Assembly: GCA_034722055.1 (NCBI GenBank)
Contig: JAYENL010000198.1
Coordinates: 11,784-75,783 of the forward strand
Reading direction: 5' to 3'
DNA from: Armatimonadota bacterium
GTDB taxonomy: Bacteria; Armatimonadota; Zipacnadia; Zipacnadales; UBA5352
Length of the DNA stretch: 64,000 bases
Shown: piece by piece, positions 47,392 to 56,254 of the stretch
How positions within the stretch are numbered: the first letter of the stretch is position 1
Layout of the letters: every line of letters begins with the position of its first letter
The notes under the pieces: model-generated
The model's input: only the letters and a program-made list of their open reading frames with translations
The model's database searches: none
Told to the model about the DNA's origin: nothing
Made by a program: the position numbers and the translations under genes

Positions 47392-49212
47392 TTGGCAGAT
47401 CACGAGGCGCTGCGCTCAATCCTGGCCACTGACTGCGGCTCCACCACCACCAAGGCCATCCTCATCGAGCTGGTGGATGGGGAGTACCGCCTGATGGTGC
47501 GCGGCGAGGCTCCGACTACGGTGGAGGCCCCCTACGAGGACGTCACCCGCGGCGTGCTCAATGCCGTCCGCGAGGTCGAGGAGCTCTCCGGCCGCACTCT
47601 CATCCGCGATGGGTCCATCATCCGGCCGCAGGATGACGGCCGCGGCGTGGACGCCTACGTCTCCACCTCCTCCGCCGGCGGCGGCCTGCAGGTGATGGTG
47701 GTGGGGCTGGTGCGATCCATGACGGCCGAGAGCGCGCAGCGGGCGGCCCTGGGCGCCGGCGCCATCGTCATGGACGTCATCGCCCTCGACGACGGCCGCC
47801 GCGACTACGAACGCATCGAGCGCATGCGCGAGCTGCGACCGGACATGATCCTCGTCTCCGGCGGCGTTGATGGTGGCGAGGTGCGCAAGGTCGTGGAGAT
47901 GGCGGAGCTGGTGGCCGCCGCCAACCCCCAGGCTCGACTGGGCGCCGAGTACGAGCTTCCTGTCATCTTCGCCGGCAACGAGGACGCTCGGGAGCCTGTG
48001 CGCGAGGCGCTGGAGCGAGTCACCCAGCTCACGGTGGTCGAGAACCTCCGGCCCACCATGGAGCGCGAGCGGCTGGGGCCGGCGCGCGGCGAGATCCAGG
48101 AGCTGTTCCTGCAGCACGTCATGGCCCAGGCCCCCGGGTATCCCGCGCTGATGGGCTGGACGGACGCCGACATCATGCCCACGCCAGCGGCGGTGGGGAC
48201 GCTCATCGAGGCCGTGGCCGCCCGCGAGGGCATCAACGTGGTGGGCGTGGACATCGGCGGCGCTACCACCGACGTCTTCAGCGTCTTCGAGGGCACCTTC
48301 AACCGCACTGTCAGCGCCAACCTCGGCATGAGCTACTCCATCTCCAACGTCCTCGCCGAGGCCGGCCTCGACAACATCCTGCGCTGGGTGGCCGCGCATC
48401 CCGACCCCCGGCGGCTGGGCAATGAAATCCGCAACAAGATGATCCGGCCCACCACCATCCCCCAGACGCTGCTGGATCTGACCATCGAGCAGGCCACCGC
48501 CCGTGAGGCCCTGCGCCTGGCCTTCGACCAGCACAAGATGCTTGCCACCGAGCTCAAGGGCGTGCAGCGCCAGCGGGACATCGCCGACGCCTTCGGCGCC
48601 GCCGGCGCCGAGACGCTCGTGGACATGATGGCGCTGGACCTGATCATCGGCTCCGGCGGCGTGCTCTCACACGCCCCCCGGCGCAGCCAGGCGGCGCTGA
48701 TGATGATCGACGGCTTCGAGCCCGAGGGCATCACCCGCCTGGCCGTTGACAGCATCTTCATGATGCCCCAGCTCGGGGTGCTGTCCACCATCAACGAGCA
48801 GGCGGCCACGGAGGTGTTCTACCGCGACTGCCTCATTCCCCTGGGCACCTGCATCTGCCCCGCCGGCCGCGGCCGCGACGGCTCCCCATGCTGCCGCGTG
48901 ACCATGCGCACGGACTCGGGCCGCCGGGAGCTGGAGGCGGCGGTGGGCGAGATGCATCTGCTGCCGCTGGGCGAGGACGAGACGGCACAGCTAACGGTCG
49001 ATCCCGTGGGGGCCTTCGACGTGGGCGCCGGCCGCGGCAGGGCCGTCTCGGGGGAGGTCCAGGGCGGCGTTGTGGGGCTGGTGCTCGACTGCCGCGGCCG
49101 GCCGCTCGAGCTGCCCGAGGACGATACCGAGCGCACCGAGGCCATCGCCCGCTGGCAGGACGCCCTGGATGTCTACCCCCGGCTCCCCGAGCGTGAGGAG
49201 GCGGCGTCGTGA
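47392..49212 (+). CDS. glmL: GlmL (glutamate mutase L)-like ASKHA-fold ATPase
   Basis: TDCGSTTTK, SSAGGGL, AALGAGA, SGGVDGG, PTPAAV, DIGGATTDVFS and GSGGVL motifs; TTG start. Confidence 0.85.
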   Translation: MADHEALRSILATDCGSTTTKAILIELVDGEYRLMVRGEAPTTVEAPYEDVTRGVLNAVREVEELSGRTLIRDGSIIRPQDDGRGVDAYVSTSSAGGGLQVMVVGLVRSMTAESAQRAALGAGAIVMDVIALDDGRRDYERIERMRELRPDMILVSGGVDGGEVRKVVEMAELVAAANPQARLGAEYELPVIFAGNEDAREPVREALERVTQLTVVENLRPTMERERLGPARGEIQELFLQHVMAQAPGYPALMGWTDADIMPTPAAVGTLIEAVAAREGINVVGVDIGGATTDVFSVFEGTFNRTVSANLGMSYSISNVLAEAGLDNILRWVAAHPDPRRLGNEIRNKMIRPTTIPQTLLDLTIEQATAREALRLAFDQHKMLATELKGVQRQRDIADAFGAAGAETLVDMMALDLIIGSGGVLSHAPRRSQAALMMIDGFEPEGITRLAVDSIFMMPQLGVLSTINEQAATEVFYRDCLIPLGTCICPAGRGRDGSPCCRVTMRTDSGRRELEAAVGEMHLLPLGEDETAQLTVDPVGAFDVGAGRGRAVSGEVQGGVVGLVLDCRGRPLELPEDDTERTEAIARWQDALDVYPRLPEREEAAS

Positions 49213-50378
49213 GCGCAGCCGAGACGCATGGGTACACGCCCGGGCTGCGGGTCACCGAGCGGGCCGTCATCCGCCGCCTCCGCCGGCTTCCCCTGCCCGG
49301 CGAGGTCCACGTGAAGGCCGGGGATGAGGTGCGCGCCGAGCAGCTCGTCGCCCGCACCGAGCTTCCCGGCAACGCGGTGACCGTCAACGTCGCCCACGAG
49401 CTCTCCATGACGCCCCAGGACGCCATTGACTTCATCATCGTGGAGGAGGGCGAGGAGGTCCAGCCCCGCCAGATCATCGCCGAGAGCAGGTCCTTCTGGG
49501 GCCTCTTTCACTCCATCGCCCGCGCGCCCATCCCCGGCACCATCGAGACCATCAGCGACATAACCGGCCAGCTCCTCATTCGCGGCGAGCCCATCCGCGT
49601 GGAGATCGACGCCTACATCGATGGCACGGTGGTGCAGGTTCAGGGCGACGAGGCCGTGGTGGTGGAGACTCGCGGCGCACTGGCTCAGGGCATCCTGGGC
49701 GTGGGCGGCGAGGCCCACGGCCAGCTCCGGATCCTCTGCGAGGCGCCGGACCAGGTCTGTCACCAGGGGCTGGTCGGGGAGGACTGCGCCGACTGCATCC
49801 TGGTCGGCAGCGGGCGCGTGACGCTGGATGCCCTGCAGGCGGCGCGCGAGGTCGGCGCCGCCGGCGTGGTCTCCGGCGCCATCGACGACGTGGAGCTCGA
49901 CGAGTTCCTCGGCGAGCCCCTCGGCGTGGCAATCACCGGCCAGGAGAGCCTCGGCCTCAGCCTGGTGCTCACTGAGGGCTTCGGCGACACCCCAATGCGC
50001 CGGCGCACCTTCGAGCTGCTGGCCGAGCGCGAGGGAGAGCGGGCGTCGATCAACGGGGCCACCCAGATCCGCGCCGGCGTCATCCGACCCGAGGTCATCG
50101 TTCCCGAGCCGCAGGCCACCTGGGAGGCAGAGGGCGAGCAGGCCTCTGTGGGCCTGTCGGTCGGCAGTCAGGTGCGGCTGATCCGCCAGCCCTACTTCGG
50201 CATGCTGGCCGAGGTGATTGAGCTTCCCGAGGAGCTGGAGGAGATCCCCACCGAGGCCCGCGTCCGCGTCGCCCGTGTGCGCCTCCAGGACCCCGGTGAG
50301 GTCACGTGGGAGCACGTCGCAGAGCCCCGAGAGGTCATCACCGTGCCGCGTGCGAATCTGGAGATCATCGAGGGATGA
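49209..50378 (+). CDS. Uncharacterised protein with barrel-sandwich-hybrid repeats and C-terminal KOW-like domain
   Basis: VKAGDEV, VEEGEEV, APIPGTI and AYIDGTV motifs; LTEGFG; VGSQVRLIRQPYFG; GTGA overlap with glmL. Confidence 0.75.
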   Translation: MSAAETHGYTPGLRVTERAVIRRLRRLPLPGEVHVKAGDEVRAEQLVARTELPGNAVTVNVAHELSMTPQDAIDFIIVEEGEEVQPRQIIAESRSFWGLFHSIARAPIPGTIETISDITGQLLIRGEPIRVEIDAYIDGTVVQVQGDEAVVVETRGALAQGILGVGGEAHGQLRILCEAPDQVCHQGLVGEDCADCILVGSGRVTLDALQAAREVGAAGVVSGAIDDVELDEFLGEPLGVAITGQESLGLSLVLTEGFGDTPMRRRTFELLAEREGERASINGATQIRAGVIRPEVIVPEPQATWEAEGEQASVGLSVGSQVRLIRQPYFGMLAEVIELPEELEEIPTEARVRVARVRLQDPGEVTWEHVAEPREVITVPRANLEIIEG

Positions 50379-51619
50379 GGCTCAACCCGCTGGCGACAAT
50401 CAGCCTGGCTCTGGCCGTCGCGGCCGCCGCTTTCGGGGCCGACCCGGGGGCGCCCCGGCGGGTGCAGGTGGAGGACGACCCCGAGGACGCAGCGGGACAG
50501 GTCCTGCTCGTGTCCTGGGAGGCGCCCCCGGAGGTCGTGGCCCTGCCGCTTTTGCAGCCGGTCGGCTATCAGGTGCTGTATCGCCAGGCGAGGCCGGGCG
50601 CTGAGTTCCGCGAGGGGCCGGTGGTGCCGCTGGACGAGACCTCCGCCTCACTGGGCGACCTCAAGCCGTGGCCGTGGCCGAAGTGGGAGGTCGCCGTCGC
50701 CGTTGTCTACGCGCCGCAGCCCTCCGTCGGCCGTGCGATCGAGGCGGTTCCATGGATCGCCGCAGTTCGGCCTATGCTCCGATCCGATCCTACGCCCCCG
50801 CTGTGGCCGGTGGGCATCTGGTATGCAGCCAAGTACACGCCTACGTTGGTGTGGTCGGTGCTCATATGCGCCATCGTGCTGCTAACGCTTCATGCCGTCC
50901 GCGGTCGCGCTGAGGAGGTGTACATCCGGCCCATTGCCGGCCTGGAGGCGGTTAACGACGCCATTGGCCGCGCTACTGAGATGGGCCAGCCTATGCTCTA
51001 CGTCTCTGGACTGGGAGGCGTTAGCAACATCTCCACCATCGCCTCCATGCTCATCCTGGGCCACCTCTCGCGCCGGGCCGCGGCCTACGAGAGCGACATC
51101 ATCGTGCCCTGCAACGACCCGCTGGTGATGGCAACCGAGCGCGAGATCGTCCGCCAGGCCTATACCGAGGCCGGCAAGCCCGATGCCTACCGCCCCGAGA
51201 ACATCTACTTCCTCACCGACAGCCAGTTCGGCTACGTGGCCGCCGTGGATGGCATCATGATGCGGGAGCAGCCGGCCGCCAACTTCTACATGGGCTACTT
51301 CTACGCCGAGGCTCTGATCCTCGCTGAGACCGGTAACCAGGCCGGCGCCATCCAGATCGCCGGCACCGACGCCGACACCCAGCTTCCCTTCTTCATCACC
51401 GCCTGCGACTATACTCTAATGGGCGAGGAGCTCTACGCTGCCAGCGCCTACCTCTCCCGCCAGCCGCTACTGGTAGCGCAGTTGCGGGGGCAGGACATCG
51501 CCAAGGCTCTCATCGCCGCCGCTCTCTTTCTTGGAGTGGCGGCGGCCACGTACGCCGCTGTGACCACCGGCGCAGCCGCTGACATGGCGCAGGCGTTCGT
51601 GGAGTGGTTCGCACAATGA
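50375..51619 (+). CDS. DUF6754-like membrane protein with N-terminal FN3-like domain
   Basis: Signal peptide from ATG 50375 (ATGA overlap); IRPIAGL, IGRATEMG, ESDIIVP, AEALIL, QLPFF and GEELYAASAYL motifs. Confidence 0.75.
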   Translation: MRLNPLATISLALAVAAAAFGADPGAPRRVQVEDDPEDAAGQVLLVSWEAPPEVVALPLLQPVGYQVLYRQARPGAEFREGPVVPLDETSASLGDLKPWPWPKWEVAVAVVYAPQPSVGRAIEAVPWIAAVRPMLRSDPTPPLWPVGIWYAAKYTPTLVWSVLICAIVLLTLHAVRGRAEEVYIRPIAGLEAVNDAIGRATEMGQPMLYVSGLGGVSNISTIASMLILGHLSRRAAAYESDIIVPCNDPLVMATEREIVRQAYTEAGKPDAYRPENIYFLTDSQFGYVAAVDGIMMREQPAANFYMGYFYAEALILAETGNQAGAIQIAGTDADTQLPFFITACDYTLMGEELYAASAYLSRQPLLVAQLRGQDIAKALIAAALFLGVAAATYAAVTTGAAADMAQAFVEWFAQ

Positions 51620-51697
51620 CGTCTGCATCGCCGTCCGCCGCCTGTCGCTCGCCGTTCGCCGGTATCCGTTCGTTGTTTGCCGTTCGCTGTTCGCCGT

Positions 51698-51757
51698 TAG
51701 CTGACCGCTGTTAGCTGACCGCTGATAGCTGACCGCTGATAGCTGACCGCTGATAGC
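51698..51757. repeat. Tandem repeat: 4 copies of TAGCTGACCGCTG(A/T) (heptamer-based)
   Basis: Direct reading; related heptamer runs near 15780, 54215 and 63912. Confidence 0.9.
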
Positions 51758-51777
51758 CGCTTGCCGGAGGCAATCCC

Positions 51778-52449
51778 GTGAGACTGCAGGTCCCGTTGGT
51801 CATAACCTTCCTCGCCGGCGTCTTTATGGCGGTGCAGTTCTTCATCCCGCACGCGCTGATCCAGACCCCCTACGAGCGCCTGCTGGAGTGGGGGCGCATC
51901 GTGGCCGCCTTCGCGCTGGTGCTGGGGATCGCCAGCCTCCTGCGCACGCACTGGGAGAAGATCCGCCGCCAGCACCGCGACTGGGCCTACAGCGTCGTCG
52001 CCATCGGCTCATTCGTCCTGATGTGCGTTGTCGGCATCGGCTGGGGGCACCAGCGCGGCACGGGGTTCGACTGGATCTTCCGGCACATCCAGGTCCCGCT
52101 GGACGCCACCATGTTCTCGCTGCTGGCCTTCTTCATCGCGTCGGCGGCCTTCAGGACCTTCCGGGCGCGAAGCGTGGAGGCGACGCTGCTGCTGATCGCC
52201 GCGGTGATCGTCATGCTGGGGCGGGTGCCAAGCGCCCTGATCGTGGTCTTCGGTAAGACCGGCCTGGGCGAGCAGCTCTACTCCGCCATGCCGGACATCT
52301 CCGAGTGGATCATGAACTTCCCGACCGTTGCCGGCAAGCGGGGGATCATCTTCGGCGTGTCCCTGGGCGCCATCGCCACCGCCCTGCGCATCATCGTGGG
52401 CATTGAGCGCTCGCACCTGGGCGGGGGAGGAGGTGCCGCGGGGCCGTGA
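51778..52449 (+). CDS. Integral membrane protein (about 6 TM) of the glmL-associated cluster
   Basis: GGAGG RBS and GTG start; PLDATMFSLLAFFIASAAFR and RGIIFGVSLG motifs. Confidence 0.8.
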   Translation: MRLQVPLVITFLAGVFMAVQFFIPHALIQTPYERLLEWGRIVAAFALVLGIASLLRTHWEKIRRQHRDWAYSVVAIGSFVLMCVVGIGWGHQRGTGFDWIFRHIQVPLDATMFSLLAFFIASAAFRTFRARSVEATLLLIAAVIVMLGRVPSALIVVFGKTGLGEQLYSAMPDISEWIMNFPTVAGKRGIIFGVSLGAIATALRIIVGIERSHLGGGGGAAGP

Positions 52450-53282
52450 ACGTGTGGGAGCGGATGCTGGAGCTGGATCGGCGCTGGGTGTTCGTGGGCA
52501 TCGCTCTGGCGGTGATCATCCCCATCGTCACGGCCTACGCCCTGCCACTGGGCAAGCCGGCCCCGCCTACGGTGGCGGTCTACGACTATGTGGAGGAGAT
52601 GGAGGCCGGCGAGGTGGTCCTGATCTCCATCGACTACAGCCCCTCCTCCATGCCTGAGCTGCATCCCCAGGCTGGGGCCGTCATCCGCCACTGCCTGCAG
52701 CGGGATCTGCGCGTCATCACCATCAGCCTCAATCCTCAGGGCACGGCCCTGGCCAGGGATCTGCTCGCAACTGTGGCCGCCGACGTCGGGGCCGAGGACG
52801 GCGTGGACTGCGTCAACCTGGGCTTCAAGCCCGGTGTCTCGCAGGTCATCCTGGGCCTTGGTGAGAGCATTCCCACCGTCTACCCCACCACAGCCGACGG
52901 GCGGCCCATCGACGAGGTGCCCGTCATGGAGGGGGTGGAGACCTACGACGACGTCGCCCTGCTGATCGACTTCGCGGCCGGGAACCTGCCCTTCTCGTGG
53001 ATCGCCATGGCAGGAGAGCGCTTCAATCAGGACCTGGCTCTGGGCATCACCGCCGTCATGGCCACCGACCTCTACCCGTACCTGCAGTCACATCAGCTCG
53101 TCGGTCTGATCAACGGGCTCAAGGGCGCCGCCGAGTACGAGCTGCTTCTGGGGCTGGAGGGCGAGGACGCGCCGGGAATGCTGGGCATGTCCGCGCAGTC
53201 CATCGCCCATTTGCTCATCATCGTGCTGGTGATCGTGGGCAACATCGCGTACTTCGCCTCCGGCCGGCATAGGCGGAGATAG
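52446..53282 (+). CDS. Membrane protein (TM-soluble-TM), distant paralog of the DUF6754-like protein
   Basis: DRRW, DYSPSSMPELHP, VNLGFKPG, TAVMA, GLKGAAEYE and AQSIAH motifs; GTGA overlap. Confidence 0.8.
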   Translation: MNVWERMLELDRRWVFVGIALAVIIPIVTAYALPLGKPAPPTVAVYDYVEEMEAGEVVLISIDYSPSSMPELHPQAGAVIRHCLQRDLRVITISLNPQGTALARDLLATVAADVGAEDGVDCVNLGFKPGVSQVILGLGESIPTVYPTTADGRPIDEVPVMEGVETYDDVALLIDFAAGNLPFSWIAMAGERFNQDLALGITAVMATDLYPYLQSHQLVGLINGLKGAAEYELLLGLEGEDAPGMLGMSAQSIAHLLIIVLVIVGNIAYFASGRHRRR

Positions 53283-53339
53283 GCATCGGCGCTGTGCTTG
53301 GCCATCGATGATACCTGCGGGGCCGTGGAGGTAAGCGAG

Positions 53340-54068
53340 ATGAGACGCCGAGCCGGACTGACTCTTCGTGTGGCGGCGGCTGCGACCGTGCTCGCAGTCG
53401 CTGCGGCACAGGCGGGCGCCGACGACTACATCGAGGCGCTCAAGGAGAAGGTCCCCTACTACCGCGTCATGACCGGCCCGCGCGCGCCGATGTACGAGCC
53501 GCTGGCCCGGCAGATGGTGCTGGAGTACGGGCTCAACCGGGGCATCGCGGTCGAGATCGGCGGCAACGCCGGAGCCTTCGCCATGGCGCTGGCGGAGCAG
53601 ACCGAGATGAAGGTCTACAACCTGGATATCGACGTGTGGGCGATCCGTCTGTGCGGCGTGCTGGTGGACCAGGCCGGCCTGACCGGTCGCGTCATCCCGA
53701 TCGAGGGCGACGCGCTCGACATGCCGCTGCGAGACGACTTCGCCGACTTCGTCTTCAGCAGAGCGGTCATCCCGTTCGTCGATGACAAGGTTCAGTTCAT
53801 GCGGGAGTGCTATCGGATCCTCAAGCCCGGCGGCGTCGCCTACGTGGGGCACGGCGGCTTCGGCACGCTGCTGGATCCCGAGATACGCCAGAAGCTCGTG
53901 GAGGCGCGGCTGAGGCGCTGGGCCGAACAGGGCCCGCCGGAGGGATGGGACGGACCGGCCGAGGGGATGGTAGAGCTTGCCCAACGGGCCGGCATCGAGC
54001 ACTACCGGCTCATCACAGAGCCGGATGTGGGCTGGTGGCTGGAGATCCGCAAGCCCGCGGCGGAATGA
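53340..54068 (+). CDS. Class I SAM-dependent methyltransferase with signal-peptide-like N-terminus
   Basis: VEIGGNAG, GDALDMPL, DFVFS and YRILKPGG motifs. Confidence 0.82.
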   Translation: MRRRAGLTLRVAAAATVLAVAAAQAGADDYIEALKEKVPYYRVMTGPRAPMYEPLARQMVLEYGLNRGIAVEIGGNAGAFAMALAEQTEMKVYNLDIDVWAIRLCGVLVDQAGLTGRVIPIEGDALDMPLRDDFADFVFSRAVIPFVDDKVQFMRECYRILKPGGVAYVGHGGFGTLLDPEIRQKLVEARLRRWAEQGPPEGWDGPAEGMVELAQRAGIEHYRLITEPDVGWWLEIRKPAAE

Positions 54069-54245
54069 GGCGCCCGACCCGGGCCATCCCGGCAGGTAAC
54101 AGTCGCACGGCCCCGCCCTTGAGGCCGACTCGCGGGGAGCCTGACGCGCCTGCCGGATCGAGTGTCGCGCTGGAAGCCCGACCCACGCGGCGTGGTTGTG
54201 TGTCGTTCGCCGGTAGCTGATAACTGATAGCTGGTACCCGCAAAC

Positions 54246-55130
54246 ATGCCTGAAGCAGCAGCGCCTGAAATCCTGGGAATCTCGACCGAAGTCATCGGCG
54301 TCTGGATCGCCGCATTCCTGACGCTGGCGATCTTCAGCTTCCTGTACCGCGACAACCCTGTCTACAAGCTGGCGGAGCACGTCTTCGTAGGCATCTCCGC
54401 CGGCTACGGAGTGGTGATCACCTATAGGGAAGCTGTCCTTCCCCTGCTCATCGACCCTCTCTTCCATCCGGACAAGGTCAACCTTGAGGGCCCCAACTAC
54501 GTCGTTATCATCCCCGGACTGCTGGGGCTGCTGATGTTCAGCCGCTTCTTCCCCCGGTACGACTGGCTCTCCCGATGGCCGATCGCCTTCGTGATGGGTC
54601 TCTACTCCGGGCTCAATATCCCCTACACCATCTACGGGTACATGCTGCCGCAGTTCCACGCCACCCTGCTGCCGGTGTGGCCCTCCAAGAGCGTCCACAT
54701 GCCGCCCGCCCTGCTGTGGTGGGCGGTAGCCGGGGGTATCATCGTCGCCAGCGGCATCACGCTGCTCGCCATCACGTTCGTTCGCGACAGGGCGCTGGAC
54801 CTATGGGGGCTTGCGCTGATCGGCGGGGGCCTCCTCGTGGGCAGCGTACCGCTGCTCATGGTGCCGCATGTGTGGATCGCCTTTAGCAACTTCCTGCTGA
54901 TCGTCGGGGTGCTGTGCACCCTCGCCTACTTCTACTTCTCCCGCGAGCACGCCGGGACGCTGGGCGTGGCGTCCACGGTGGGCATCTTCTTCCTGATGGT
55001 GGCCTTCGGCGCCGGCTTCGGCCAGACCGTCATGGCCCGCATCTCACTGCTCATCGGCCGCGTGCAGTTCCTGTACCACGACTGGTGGCTGCCGCACGTC
55101 TGGGAGCACCTGTCCCGGCTGGTCGGCTGA
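54246..55130 (+). CDS. Integral membrane protein of the glmL-associated cluster
   Basis: LTLAIFSFLYRDNPVYKLAEH and LMVAFGAGFG...MARISLLIGR motifs; about 8 TM segments. Confidence 0.8.
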   Translation: MPEAAAPEILGISTEVIGVWIAAFLTLAIFSFLYRDNPVYKLAEHVFVGISAGYGVVITYREAVLPLLIDPLFHPDKVNLEGPNYVVIIPGLLGLLMFSRFFPRYDWLSRWPIAFVMGLYSGLNIPYTIYGYMLPQFHATLLPVWPSKSVHMPPALLWWAVAGGIIVASGITLLAITFVRDRALDLWGLALIGGGLLVGSVPLLMVPHVWIAFSNFLLIVGVLCTLAYFYFSREHAGTLGVASTVGIFFLMVAFGAGFGQTVMARISLLIGRVQFLYHDWWLPHVWEHLSRLVG

Positions 55131-55167
55131 GCGGCATTCCCGCGGGGTTCGCGAGGTTTTCTTGCTG

Positions 55168-55216
55168 CTACTATTGACACTAGTAGCGAAAGCCGCTATA
55201 CTACATAACGTAGTAG
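55168..55216. promoter_or_regulatory. Two TACTA-N7-TAGTA operator palindromes overlapping the -35 and -10 elements
   Basis: CTACTAttgacacTAGTAG (55168-55186) and ATACTAcataacgTAGTAG (55198-55216). Confidence 0.8.
55174..55202 (+). promoter_or_regulatory. Near-consensus sigma70 promoter
   Basis: TTGACA (55174-55179)-17 bp-TATACT (55197-55202). Confidence 0.85.
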
Positions 55217-55242
55217 GCGGCGGAAAGAGGGAGTTGAGGAGC

Positions 55243-55671
55243 ATGACCCGCATCGCACCGATCCTTGTGGTCATCGCGGCCCTGGCCTGTGCCGCGACGG
55301 CCCTCGCGCAGGGCACGCAGCACATGTACTACATCGGGCCCTTCGAGGGCGAGGTCACCGTCAAGGATGGACAGACCCCGGGGCCTCCAGGATACTACTA
55401 TCGCCCGGAGCCATCTGAGACCCCCACCTTCACCGAGCGGTACGAACATCCTGTGCGCTGCGCCGTCTGCGGACACTGGAGGGACCTGGGCGAGAGGTGC
55501 CCGTTCTGCGGGCACCAGCCTGCTCGCTACGAGCGGTCACAGGCCCGCCGCGGCAGCCTCTACTCGCCCTACGCCCTCCCGGGGCAGTACTGGTACCGCG
55601 AGCCCATGCGCAGCGTCACAGGTCCCAAGCACGGCATGGGCTGGCCATATCTGAGCCCACGGTACCGATAG
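55243..55671 (+). CDS. Small secreted protein with CxxC...CxxC zinc ribbon
   Basis: GAGGAG RBS; signal peptide ending ALA; CAVC and CPFC motifs; Tyr/Pro-rich. Confidence 0.75.
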   Translation: MTRIAPILVVIAALACAATALAQGTQHMYYIGPFEGEVTVKDGQTPGPPGYYYRPEPSETPTFTERYEHPVRCAVCGHWRDLGERCPFCGHQPARYERSQARRGSLYSPYALPGQYWYREPMRSVTGPKHGMGWPYLSPRYR

Positions 55672-55713
55672 CATGGGGAGACGCGCGGAACACGAGGTGG
55701 AGGACACGCTGAG

Positions 55714-56133
55714 ATGAGCACACGGATACTGGGGATCATCGCCGTGGCGTGCACGCTGATGGCCGGCACCGCGCTGCAGGCAGCGGCGCAGCAGGACCAG
55801 CCCACGGACATCGTCGGCCGCCGCATCCAGGGCCAGATCGGCGCATCCGGCCCCTACTTCCAGCCCACCGAGCGGCCGTTCCAGGGCAGCTTCTCGCGCC
55901 GCTGGCAGGACAGGCTCGGCGAGGTCTGGGGCGACGTGCCCGCCGGTCGTGGCGTGCCGCCGCCCAGCGAGGGCCCGGTCTTCCTGCCGCAGCCGCGGGA
56001 TCTGATCTTCGTGCATCCCCCGCGGTGTGTGCCCGATCGGCGGTACGACAGCCGCGCAAGCTCTCACGGCCTGTGGCGCCGGCAGCAGCGGCACTGGGGC
56101 CACGGATGGGGCTGGAGCGGCTGGTGCCGCTGA
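55714..56133 (+). CDS. Small secreted protein with Trp/Gly-rich C-terminus
   Basis: GGAGG RBS; signal peptide; ends HWGHGWGWSGWCR. Confidence 0.7.
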   Translation: MSTRILGIIAVACTLMAGTALQAAAQQDQPTDIVGRRIQGQIGASGPYFQPTERPFQGSFSRRWQDRLGEVWGDVPAGRGVPPPSEGPVFLPQPRDLIFVHPPRCVPDRRYDSRASSHGLWRRQQRHWGHGWGWSGWCR

Positions 56134-56207
56134 GGGCACGCGATTGAGCGCCCGGCCGTAGTGGGATTCCGTAAAGGGTAGCAAGGATACTGATAGAGTG
56201 ATCATGC

Positions 56208-56226
56208 CTACTATTACTTGTAGTAG
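56208..56226. promoter_or_regulatory. TACTA-N7-TAGTA operator
   Basis: CTACTAttacttgTAGTAG, 28 bp upstream of ATG 56255. Confidence 0.8.
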
Positions 56227-56254
56227 CCCGCAACGAGAGAAAGGGGCGGGACAC

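Noticed and set aside
47392..49212. DNA mismatch-repair MutL or a complete glutamate mutase pathway
   Set aside because: The motifs are ASKHA-type (GlmL), not GHKL, and no mutase subunits are present.
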